Positions 25,710 through 36,960 of a stretch of 64,000 bases of DNA are shown here, piece by piece. This DNA comes from Octopus sinensis (taxonomy: Eukaryota): NCBI RefSeq assembly GCF_006345805.1, contig NC_043000.1:127658001-127722000 (forward strand), given 5' to 3'. Positions within the stretch are counted from its first letter, which is position 1; each line of letters starts with the position of its first letter. The notes under the pieces were generated by a model, which ran no database searches, had not been told where the DNA came from, and worked only from the letters and a program-made list of their open reading frames with translations. A program made the translations under genes and the position numbers.

Positions 25710-25940
25710 CAACTGGTTAACCACTTAGCCAGTTAATTAATCGATTTTTTGATTAATCGTTCGGTCAGTCAATGAAACGGTTAGATTTTTCAAAGACCTG
25801 AAGAAGAGAGGGTATTTCATTCATGAAGTCGCGAATGACAACGAAACGATTTTGACCAACCTAACCAATTGATTGACTGACCGAACGAATAATCAAACAA
25901 TCGATTAATAAACTGGTTAGATGGTTAAGCAATTGGTTAA
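25710..25940. mobile_element. MITE-like element with ~70-bp terminal inverted repeats
   Basis: 25714-25784 (ttaatcgattttttgattaatcgttcggtcagtcaat) is the reverse complement of 25861-25935, with few mismatches. Confidence 0.7.
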
Positions 25941-26289
25941 TGAAAATATTAAAAGAAGTGAAGTAGAACCAGTGCATGTGTTCATTATTGGCATAATGAC
26001 CCTCTCGAAATACAACAGCATGTTAATATTGTTGTAAATTATATTCTTCAAAGGAGTATAAAATGTTGCAAGTGTGGTAAATCGAAATCTATCGAATTGG
26101 GAAAAGGTTTTGAATGACGCTTTAGCATGCAACAATGTTATATTATGAGATATAACTACAATCGGCATCATAATGTGAATTGTAAATATCACTGTGTATT
26201 ACAATATTATGGAATGTAAATATGATATTTAACTGCAATCTGTGTCATATTACGAAACATAAATACTATGAGAAAATGTAGCCTGTAGC

Positions 26290-26399
26290 ATAGATAGATA
26301 GAGAGAGAGAGAGAGAAAGAAAGAGAGGAAGGTAGGTAGGCAGGCAGATAGATAGACAGACAGACAGACAGGGGGAGGTAGTTAGGCAGGTAAGTAGAT

Positions 26400-26454
<55 letters not shown>

Positions 26455-26459
26455 CAGAC

Positions 26460-26529
<70 letters not shown>

Positions 26530-26610
26530 ATAGATAAAGTAGACGGACAGACAGATAGATAGATAGGTAGATAGACAAGTAGACAGACAGACAGACAGAT
26601 AGATAGATAA

Positions 26611-26696
<86 letters not shown>

Positions 26697-26725
26697 CGAT
26701 AGATAGATAGATAGATAGATAGATA
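26290..26725. repeat. (GATA)n/(GACA)n microsatellite
   Basis: Direct observation. Confidence 0.97.
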
Positions 26726-27081
26726 ATCAATCCACGTGCATTTTCCCTTGGCTCTCTTCTTTTTCATCTTTCTTTTCCTTATTTTCCTTCTTTCTCTTAG
26801 ACTTTCTCTTGTATCCGAAGAAAGACTGTCTCCGAAACGTTATAACTTTTATTCTATGACCAATTACCCTTTCCATTCTTCCTTGATCGGCAACCTAATA
26901 CTATTAACAGTGAACGTCCCTTGAACTTTTGTTGTTTATTGTATTCATTTTTTGCTATATACATGTTCATACAAACATATAATGTGCCCTAGCAGCCAAT
27001 ATACATACATGCATACATTCATGCATACATGCAAACATACAAACATACATACACACATACATACATACATACATACATACA

Positions 27082-27112
<31 letters not shown>

Positions 27113-27119
27113 GACTTGC

Positions 27120-27207
27120 CTTGTGCCTTCAACTCCTTTATGAAATCGTAGGTGCGCCGTTGGAGCGTTTTGCTGTCTTCGCCGTTTTTAGCTCTCACAA
27201 GTACCAT
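27120..27207 (-). CDS. Candidate first coding exon (unidentified gene) with GC splice donor
   Basis: ggaATGG start with an upstream in-frame stop, encoding MVLVRAKNGEDSKTLQRRTYDFIKELKAQ-G, then AAG|GCAAGT. CpG-rich context with a TGACGTCA site. No downstream exon was confirmed. Confidence 0.3.
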
Positions 27208-27361
27208 TCCTCTCTAGATCTGACGTCAGCAGGATCTAAACTGTTTGTGATGCAAACACAGCTGTACATATATTCCGATATGAGCCGGAACGGTTACTGC
27301 ACAGTGACCTATCCGACACTCTAACGACTCAGTCAATTCGTTGCCATAAATGGATGGATAG

Positions 27362-27400
<39 letters not shown>

Positions 27401-27991
27401 CGTGTGCGTGCGCGCGTGCGTGCGCGTGCGTGCCTATGTGCCCGTGTGCGTGCTTTATGTTTATGTGTTTAACAAAGCGTCCTTATTTTTTTACAGCCAC
27501 TGCCACATCGAAAAGCATAACTTAGCGGTTGGATAAACACTGTTATAATTTATTGAATAAATCCAAATACAAGACTGGCATTTATCCTGTCTGTTTCGAA
27601 AGAATCAATAAACTCGGGGAAACTAAATGCCATAAGCCCGGAAAGCTGCCATGTTAGCAAATTCACTATCTTTGCAATTCATCTAACGATAAGTATGTGG
27701 GATGAAAATGTTTTGGAAATAACTTATGGATGAGATATATCAGCCAGACTCATTCGGATTCTTTTATCTTTTGCATGTTGCAGTCATTAGACTATGTCCA
27801 TGCTGGGGCACTCCAGTACTTATGTTTATTTTGTAAAGCTTGTTACGTATTCTCTGCCAAACCGGGAAGATACGGAGGCGTAAACAAACCAAGACCGGTT
27901 GTCAAGCGGTGGGGAGGGACAAATACACATACACACACACACACGCACGCACACATACACGCACACACATATGTATGTTATTGTTGTTGTT

Positions 27992-28082
27992 GTTGTTGAT
28001 AGTGACTTCGAAGTTTCGGCCAGCTAAGCCATCGTCCGACGATGGCTTAGCTGTACGAAGCTTCGAAGTCGCTGTCAACAAC
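27992..28082. repeat. Near-perfect 91-bp palindrome centred on 28037
   Basis: gttgttgatagtgacttcgaagtttcggccagctaagccatcgtc-c-gacgatggcttagctgtacgaagcttcgaagtcgctgtcaacaac. Confidence 0.9.
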
Positions 28083-28295
28083 ATTCTTGAATAAGAATAA
28101 TAAATTTGTACTCTATAAAAATAGGGCAAAGCATCAAATTAATTCAAAATTGTTTTTATTATAACTGAGCATAAACACACACACATATATATAATTAGCA
28201 AATGGAGGAAAACTTAGATCAACAAATCAATTGGACCACATCCGTAGCTTATTATTTAATACAAAACATGACATAACATAACATTTATATGACAC

Positions 28296-28680
28296 TAGCA
28301 GTATCGCCCGGCGTTGCTCAGGTTTGTAAGGGAAATAACTATAAAGCATTTTTAGAGAGTTATAGCCAAAAAATAGAAAAAAAATGGGAAAAAATGATGG
28401 TAAATTTTTTTTTGAGATTTAAAAAAGGTGGAGTTGCGTCCTCTAGACAGTTTGTGGTTCGTGTTTCTGATTGTCGACCCCATGTCGAATTTATCGATTT
28501 TTTTCAAAACTGGGGGAACTTTTCAAAATTTTCGCTGCGTTAGTTTTGAATTATGACATTGGGTTATGTGTGTGTCAAGTTTCATCAGAATCGGTTGAAA
28601 GCCGTGGTCAGGGTGAGGGTACAAGCAAACAGACACACAGAAACACGCACAGACAAACTGCCGTTTATATAGAGAGAGAT
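28296..28680 (+). mobile_element. Non-autonomous Helitron/Helentron-type element
   Basis: 5' actagcagtatcgcccggcgttgctc; 3' aagtttcatcagaatcggttg...acagacaaactgccgtttatatagagagagat. This is the typical layout of HINE/Lep1-like elements. Confidence 0.7.
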
Positions 28681-29075
28681 AACAATTCTTACGGCTGTTT
28701 CTGCTTCCGATGTCAGTCAGTGCCTACGAAAGAATTGCGAAAATATTAGTCTTCATCTTCATAGCATATTCGGACGAGAACATGGAGCTTCATCAGAGTG
28801 AATATAAAGGCGTCCGAAAAGTAAACAAAAGGAAGAAGGAATAGGAAAGAAAACGTGGCCTAGAGAAGAAACCTGGAGGCCTAATATATTAAAATCATAC
28901 AATCTTCCATAATGGGGCTTCGAAGTCGGTAAGCAGAAGAATGATCTAGCATTGGTCAAGAGAAAAGATTTTTTTTCGGGGTTTTTCCATTTAGTAAATA
29001 CGGATATTTTATCCCTTAGACGGTTACTATAACCGCTAACTCTGCTTACCTATATATATGTGTGTGTGTGTGTGT

Positions 29076-29154
<79 letters not shown>

Positions 29155-29169
29155 GAGAGAGAGAGGCTT

Positions 29170-29505
29170 CCACACTTTGCCTTTCATCCTTTCAGGGTCG
29201 ATAAATTAAGTACCAGTTACACACTGTGGTCGATGTAATCAACTTAATCCCTTTGTCTGTCCTTGTTTGTCCCCTCTATGTTTAGCCCCTTGTGGACAAT
29301 AAAGAAATAAGAAACGTTAGCAACACCGGGCGAGATGCTTAGCGGTATCTAGTCTGTCTTTACGTTCTGAGTTCAAGTTCCGCCGAGGTCGACTTTGCCT
29401 TTCATCCTTTCGGGTTCGATAAATTAAGTACCAGTTGCGTACTGGAGTCGATCTAATCGACTGACCCCTCCCCCAAAACTTCAGGCCTTGTGCCTAGAGT
29501 AAAAA
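29170..29505 (+). mobile_element. SINE family B dimer with two alternative tails
   Basis: The first unit ends ...tttagccccttgtggacaataaagaaa; the second ends ...ggccttgtgcctagagtaaaa. Confidence 0.85.
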
Positions 29506-30423
29506 AAAATGTATTACATTATCTAAATAGTGACTCCGCCATTTTAAATTTGTTTTCTTGTTTCAACTTTTTCCTTCCAAGTAACCCAACAATTTACACA
29601 AGCAACAAAATACACAAAGATTGGTGTGTAGATTAATACTAAATCTCATAATCACTAATATCTGCAACAGGAATATTTTCATAAACTGAAAACTCCTATC
29701 TTGTAATCACTTGAATTCTGTTTTTATTTCACTCCTCGAAAACCTGAAGTTGCTGTTTAATGTGTTTGTCTAAGTCATGCGAATGTCTAGATCCATGTAT
29801 AAATGAGTGTTTTTGATATGTTTATATATGTAGGCGAAGGCGTACGTGCGTGTGCGTGTATGTGAATGTATGTAAATGTTGATGTTTATCTGTGTTTGTT
29901 GATTTGCGTGCTTTGATTGTAATCATTTCTAACCACACTATGCGCTCGTATATTTTAATAGAAAATCGTTGTCGTTTCTTTTTAACAATTCGAGGAACAT
30001 GTTTTATTTTCACCGAACGTCTTGGTTTCATTTTGTAGCTAATAGAAAAAAAAAACTACTTTGTGATACATTTATGCATGTTCTGAGATGCTTAAATACA
30101 GTTGATACATGAAGCTAACGAATACATAATTTCTCATATACATATATATATACTTATATATATATATATAGTATGTATGTATGTATGTATGCATGTATGT
30201 ATGTATGTATGTATGTATGTATGTATGTATGTATGTATGTATGTATGTATGTATGTATGTATGTATGTATGTATGTATGTATGTATGTGTGTTATTTTTC
30301 CACTGTTTATATATATTTTTTTTACTGTTTATATGTTTGTACTGTCGTTACCGTCTTGCTTTTTTTTACCCCTCTGCGAAAAGATCTCAGAATTTTAATT
30401 GATTTGCTTTTCACAGGAAGGAA

Positions 30424-30502
30424 GTTTTCTTCGAAGTATACGTCTCGCTTTTATCCTTCGAAACGTTTAGTAGATGAAACCTTAGCGACTGAAGAAGGGG
30501 AT
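30424..30502 (+). ncRNA. Putative non-circularly permuted hammerhead ribozyme, copy 1
   Basis: ACGUC (30440-44), UCGCU (30445-49), CCUUC-GAAA-CGU (30455-66), AGCGA-CUGAAGA-AGGGG (30484-30500). Helices I and III pair perfectly; helix II is weak. Confidence 0.65.
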
Positions 30503-31283
30503 TTTTCGTTGTGCTTATTGTCCTGTATCTCTTTTTTTGCTTGTCTTGTTCCTTGGTTTGTGTCTATGTTTTTCGTCTCTCTATGTGTTCGACGTCTTTT
30601 TGGTGTCCTGTACACATATATGCGTGTATATGTACATGTAGAGGTAGGTACGTACATATATGTTTATATATATGCATATGTTCTATTTTATTAACATATT
30701 ATACGACTAAACGCACGCACCCTATTAAGTAAGATTGTTCTGTTTATCAAGTTAGCCTTGATATTAACTCTCACGCGACTCTGCATCTTTCTTTCTTTCT
30801 CTCCCATTCCCTTTTTCGTCTTTTTTCCCTCACTTAACTTGTCTCTTCCTCTCTCTCTCATTCTTCATTCTCTCTCTCCCTTTCACCATTCTTCATGGTC
30901 TCCTCGCACCATTCCCCTTCTTCTCTCTCTTCCTCTTGCTCCTCCTCCCCCATTCCCGTCGTCCATCTGCGACGATACTTCCGTCGTAACTGCTATCCTG
31001 TCTTTTCTCGCCCGCCTTCTAAGGCTACTGGTCGACATTTTTTGTCTCTCTCGTCGTCCACTTTAATCCAGCGTTTGCAATCCTTTTTTCGTCTGGCGTT
31101 AACAGCCCTTCTTATCTTGTTCTCCTTGTCCTGTCTCTCACTGTTATATATTTATTTTTCCACTGTTTATATATATATTTTTTACTGTTATATGTTTGTA
31201 CTGTCGTTACCGTCTTGCTTTTTTTTTACCCCTCTGCGAAAAGATCTCAGAATTTTAATTGATTTGCTTTTCACAGGAAGGAA

Positions 31284-31362
31284 GTTTTCTTCGAAGTATA
31301 CGTCTCGCTTTTATCCTTCGAAACGTTTAGTAGATGAAACCTTAGCGACTGAAGAAGGGGAT
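31284..31362 (+). ncRNA. Putative permuted hammerhead ribozyme, copy 2
   Basis: Identical to copy 1, shifted 860 nt. Confidence 0.65.
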
Positions 31363-31709
31363 TTTTCGTTGTGCTTATTGTCCTGTATCTCTTTTTTTGC
31401 TTGTCTTGTTCCTTGGTTTGTGTCTATGTTTTTCGTCTCTCTATGTGTTCGACGTCTTTTTGGTGTCCTGTACACATATATGCGTGTATATGTACATGTA
31501 GAGGTAGGTACGTACATATATGTTTATATATATGCATATGTTCTATTTTATTAACATATATATATATATATATATATACAAGTGATACAGACTTACATTA
31601 AAAAGAAATACGTGCATACACACATGTATTATTGTAGATATTTAGTTTATATATCTCTCTATACTAATATATGGAAGTTTGGATGATTGTGTGTGTGTGT
31701 GTGGCTGTG

Positions 31710-31711
31710 TA

Positions 31712-31755
<44 letters not shown>

Positions 31756-31828
31756 GAGACAGTCAGGCAGACAGACAGACAGACAGTCAGGCAGACAGAC
31801 AGACAGACAGACAGACAGATAGATAGAC

Positions 31829-31880
<52 letters not shown>

Positions 31881-31884
31881 TGTA

Positions 31885-31946
<62 letters not shown>

Positions 31947-31950
31947 ACGA
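31710..31950. repeat. (GATA)/(GACA)/(GT) microsatellites
   Basis: Direct observation. Confidence 0.95.
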
Positions 31951-32364
31951 AAAAGGTAGAAGATTGATCATAAATGAGTGTATAAGCTACATTTACATTA
32001 TATATAGTAAATGCGGTCTCCGAAATTTTTACGAACATCGAATTTCGATAGTTGTCACAATTTATTGCAACTTACACTGTTGTTACAGACAACGAAATAT
32101 TTTAATTACAACCCAGATTATTATCCAAAATCTTTTTGAAAATGAATGATTAAGATAAAGAAAATCTAGGTTATCTGAGTTTCTAGATAACAAATGCAAC
32201 TAGTAGATGTTGTTAATTTATTATTTCCCATCTATTTCGTTCAGTTTCTTCACAGCTTTTCAGTTACAGTAAAATGCTGAGATGTTAGCCAGCATTTATT
32301 GATTTAGGACTTGATGTCGATGGCATCTATAACTGTGTAATATTACTATATTGTTGTTGTTATT

Positions 32365-32666
32365 TGTTCCTTCCCGAGCCACGCCTGGCTCATAAGGGCC
32401 GGTTTCCCGGTTTCCTTGGCGTATAGGTTCCCCACCTGGACGGGACGCCGGTCGGTCGCAGGTGAGCTGCAAAATGCAGGAGGAAAGAAAGAGTGAGAAA
32501 AAGTTGTGGCGAAAGAGTCAGCAGAAGTTCGCCAGTACCTTCTGCTGGAGCCGCATGGAGCTTAGGTGTTTCGCTCATAAACACACACATCGCCCGATCT
32601 GAGATTCGAACCCGCGATCCCTCGACCGCGAGTCCGCTGCTCTAATCACCAGGCCATGTGCCTCCA
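32365..32666 (-). mobile_element. SINE family C variant (tRNA head plus V-domain-like segment)
   Basis: Minus strand: tggaggcacatggcctggtgattagagcagcggactcgcggtcgagggatcgcgggttcgaatc head, and ctgcgaccgaccggcgtcccgtccagg V-like domain. Confidence 0.8.
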
Positions 32667-33250
32667 GTATAATTATATAGTAGGCAATATATTCAGAGAC
32701 CAACTACAGTAGCAAAGAGGATTTGAAACCGAATCCACATTTTATTAATTGTCGGATAAACTTCCGGTTTTTACTTGGAGATTAATGAAAATGAGTTGAT
32801 CTCTGAGGCCTTCTCTGATCAGGGGAAGGTCAATCCTTTGTTTTGGGTTGACCTACTTTAGTTGCCAAACTGTATAAATATCCATTGAAGGGTTGCGATC
32901 AGCCTTTTTGATCACTACCTTGGATCAATGAGCATTCCGGTACTGAGTGAAGAGAGAGACAACACATCGCTTATATTCCCTGTTTGACAATACAAATCTC
33001 ACTCTTTCTCTCTAGCAGCAGACAATGGAGCTAGCTCCCACAGGTCAAGAATCCATTGAACCAGGAGGTATTTTACTGCAACAAACTAATAATGAGTATA
33101 GACAAACAACGAGACAACATCGTTTATTTTATATTGTAACGATATTATAATTAACTAAATAAATGGCCATCTTCATAATTAATTGCTCTCCTGTAATTTA
33201 CTTCTTTAATGTATCATCATCATCATTCCAACATCATCCTTACTTTCGAC

Positions 33251-33631
33251 GGATCTTTTCGATTTGACCGGCAGTTTTTAAAATAATTTCCACGTTACTA
33301 AACACTTTTAAACTTCGTATACTGGTAGAATGTGTTTATAAAACATCTCTTTCTTTTGGCTTTATTGAGAAAATTCTATAGTTTGTAAGATATTTGTTGT
33401 TTTTTCTTCAATTTCTGCAATTTCCACCAATCAATGACGTCTATTGAGGTGAAAACATTCTGGGTTTATTTACATTTCTGAAGAAAAAAAGATACCCTTC
33501 CCCCACCCCTAACCCCAACCCTAACCCTAAAACAAATTGAAATGCAATAGATCGATACTAGGGTCATAATTATAGGTGACAATTTCATATGACACCGCTA
33601 GAAAAAAATGCCGTTCAAACCGAAAAGATCC
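33251..33631. mobile_element. Non-autonomous DNA transposon (MITE) with 8-bp TSD and internal TAACCC repeats
   Basis: TIR ggatcttttcg / cgaaaagatcc, flanked by ctttcgac on both sides (33243-50, 33632-39). Confidence 0.8.
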
Positions 33632-33669
33632 CTTTCGACTTCTCTTCCAATAATATTCTTTTCCTCTCC

Positions 33670-34066
33670 CTTTACCCTTTTACTTGTTTCAGTCATTTGA
33701 CTGCGGCCATGCTGGATCACCGCCTTTAGTCGAGCAAATCAACCCCAGGACTTATTCTTTGTAAGCCTAGTACTTATACCATCGGTCTCTCTTGCCGAAC
33801 CGCTAAGTTACGGGACGTAATCACACCAACATTGGTTGTCAAGCGTTGTTGGGGGAACAAACACATGCACAAACATATATATACACATATTTATATATAT
33901 ATATACGACGGGCTTCTTTCAGTTTCCGTCTACCAAATCCACTCACAAGGCTTTGGTCGGCCCGATGCTATAGTAGAAGACACTTGCCCAAGGTACCACG
34001 CAGTGGGAATGAACCCGGAACCATGTGGTTGGTAAGCAAGCTACTTACCACACAGCCACTCCTGCG
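33670..34066 (-). mobile_element. SINE family A, full length (adjacent family B copy 34070-34265)
   Basis: Reverse-complement match to family A. Confidence 0.9.
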
Positions 34067-35232
34067 ACGAGACACAAAGCCCGAAATTTTTGGGGGAGGG
34101 AGCCAGTCGATTAGATCGACTCCAGCAACTGGTACCTAATCTATCGACCCCGAAAGGATGAAAGGCAAAGTCGACCTCGGCGGAATTTGAACTGAGAACA
34201 TAAAGACAGACGAAATACCGCTAGTTATCTCGCCCGGCGTACTAACGTTTCTGCCAGCTCGCCGCCTTTCCTCTTCCAATAATATTGTTACATATATATC
34301 CTGGAGAAAGCCTTTCAAATGACATGTCATAATTTTATATAAGTGTATAAAATTATATAAACCTAGCCGCAGGTCACGTCTGCCTTAAGTCACTTCTTCA
34401 CCAGAGCATGAGGATTTTATTTCTTTATAAGTTTTGCTCTTTTCATATACTAACAAGCAAAGGTGTCACTTCGTCTGCCAATACTATCAATGTCCTTATC
34501 AGTCTGTCGTTTCTCGAGGCTGATTATATTTCCCCCAACTCTTTTCCTATTTTCTAAATTTAAGTCTCCGAAAACAGCTAGGCAAATAATGTGATTGGCT
34601 TCAGGTTGACATTTCTGACTGACTCCTGCCTACCTTTTATCAGTAAATTTCCGTTATCTGATAACAGCCCTTTGAAATTTATTTATTAATTTATTATTGT
34701 TCTTAAAATTACACTGAAATACCTAAGCAATGTAATTTGATAATAATTCATAGTTCCGGTCACCTTTGAGTTCACCCAACCCGAGGTTTACCATGAATTC
34801 ATATATCTATATGACTTTAAACTCAAATGTTTAATGTTCTGACTGTGACGATAGACACTCTATTCTCTATCCCTCTCACTTCAATAACTCATTCTTTAAA
34901 CACCAATAAATATACCCTCTCTCTTATCATTTATTTGTCTTTGTTCTTTCTACAAAATCAAACATTAGATACTTATAACAGGAAAAAGCCATTTCCGGTT
35001 TGGCTTTACTTTTAATTTGCAGAAATTGCTGGACAAATTTCGTATGTATATCTTAATTAGATAACTGATAAAATGTTGATTGAAGCATATGATGTAATTA
35101 CATGCTTAACACTTCAGGGTGAGCAAGACAATATGAATAAATTTGATTTCGAAACACTTAAAGCAAATGTGATTCATCAAGTGGTGTGGGAGTAGATTAG
35201 TAGCAGGGGCAAATTACAAGAGCATAAGAACC

Positions 35233-36760
35233 TGTGGTGGGGGTGCATAGGAGCTGAGAAAAATAATGAGGAAGTGAGGGAAGCAAGACCGGGGTCGTCT
35301 TCTTCCGGCCTGGCGCACTCGCCGTGAACAGACGTCAGCGGAGCGAGCTAGCGGATTGGTAGTAGCAGGTGCTAACACTAGGTGCGACGGGTGGGGCACG
35401 TATTTTGGACTTACTACAGCTGGACAGCCGACAACGAGAAGGTATGTGAACTGTATCTTATTTCGCCGCAATACAGTACCCTCGTACCGCAAATATTTCG
35501 GCACTTTTGAATGAATATATGTCTCCAGTTATGTTGTCCCCTTCCATGAGATGGCAGCGAAGATAAGGATCGGCAGCGATGCCGTCAGACCTTTCTATGG
35601 CGAAGGAGATGTAGTGGCCTGGATCCGTAAAATCAAGGTAATAGCCAGGTCACAAGGCATCGACGATGTACCTGGAGGAAAGCGTGTTGGCGCTATACCT
35701 CAAGATGGACGAGGAAGACCAGGATCGCGACGAGGATCGAGCAGCGCTTGAGGGAAGCCTATATAAAGTGGAACTTGCACCGTTTATTCAGAACGGTATA
35801 CAGGCCGAGTGGAAATGAGATCGTGGAAAGACATCGTCGAACGATCAAGACCATGACCGAGAGGGGGCGCATTTCATCGCTGGAAGCAGTATTCTGGTAC
35901 AATGTCACCCGATCAAGACAGGCCGAAGAGTCCGTGCCACACAGAGTGATATTCAGATAAGAATAGCGGCATCCTAGTAAACCATCAGAATGCCCTGCGG
36001 AAGAGAGAGGGCTTGTCTTCGTGGGGGTGGGAGATGAAGTCCAGATTAAGCCCCCGAAGGTACGCTGTACATCTCGTTGGAACAGAGGAACAGTGATGGC
36101 TGTTAATTCCAAAAATAACGTTTCTGTGGATGGAATGCTGCGTCACGTCTTGGATGTTCACAGAATTGTCGCTTCGTCGGACGACGAAGATGGAGGAGAG
36201 GACGAGAACGAGTTTCCTTCTTTCTGGAGATCACCGCGTATGAGGCGCTCACCGGGGTGGATGGCAGATTTTGACATCAAGTGAAGTGAGGAGGTGATCT
36301 TTGAGATCAGTGGAGACATGTAGGGATGAGATGGGCCGGAAGGAAAGGGCTGTGATATCAACGATCAAGGGGCCTGACCGGAACAGGAAGGGGGAGAGAG
36401 GAAGTGAGGGAAGCAAAACCAGGGTCGTCTTCTTTCGGCCAGGCACACTCACCGTGAACAGACGTCAGCGGAGTGAGCTAGCGGATTGGTAGTAGCAGGT
36501 GCTAACATTAGGTGCGACGGGCAGGGCACATGTTTTGGACTTAGTGCAGCCAACAAGAAGAAGGTGATTAGAGAAATATATGAGTTTGAAGAATGGACAC
36601 TGCGTAACGCAGTCATTTAAAAGAATGTCTAGCGAAATCTAGGGCTGTTGTTGCATGCAAACTTAGCGTATCTTATTTCCCCGCATTACGGTTCCCTTGT
36701 ACCACCGTCGATGTCTCGAAAATGGAAGTAAGATGTTTCTATATAGCTTTGCTTCTACAT
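35233..36760 (+). mobile_element. Internally deleted Gypsy-type LTR retrotransposon
   Basis: Direct repeats at ~35266-35490 and ~36398-36700. Gag N-terminus MAAKIRIG..FYGEGDVVAWIRKIK (35551) is fused to integrase remnants (YRPSGNEIVERHRRTIK...EAVFWYN; VGDEVQIKPP...DGMLRHVLDV...PGWMADFD). A purine tract precedes the 3' LTR. Confidence 0.85.
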
Positions 36761-36960
36761 GTAGCTTACCGAATTATTTCAAATATCAAAGATACAGCAA
36801 TAACACAAACTGCATTTGAACAGTAGTAAAGATATGGATGACTGGTGAGAATGGGGCGAGGAGATGCAGGAACAATTGTTGCATGAAAATTAAGCAGTCA
36901 AGATGACGCTAGCATACTAGATGGAGGTAAGTCAAGACAGTTTATAAATCAAAATTACAG

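Larger units (their letters stand above)
30292..31559 (+). mobile_element. Non-coding tandem retroelement-like repeat: 860-bp unit with ~405-bp direct repeat, two hammerhead-like motifs
   Basis: 30292-30699 is nearly identical to 31152-31559 (offset 860). Homologous copies lie at 49290-49780 and 60886-61711. Bounded by (ATGT)n and (AT)n. Confidence 0.8.

Noticed and set aside
28760-28810. CUGAUGA motif on the minus strand suggesting another hammerhead
   Set aside because: No GAAA at the proper position and no consistent helices; at best a dead remnant.
30895-31554. 219-aa ORF inside the 860-bp repeat
   Set aside because: Low-complexity F/S/L translation of a T/C-rich strand; the frame is not preserved in the 49-kb and 61-kb copies.
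33507-33530. Interstitial telomere
   Set aside because: Only 3-4 imperfect units, lying inside a MITE.
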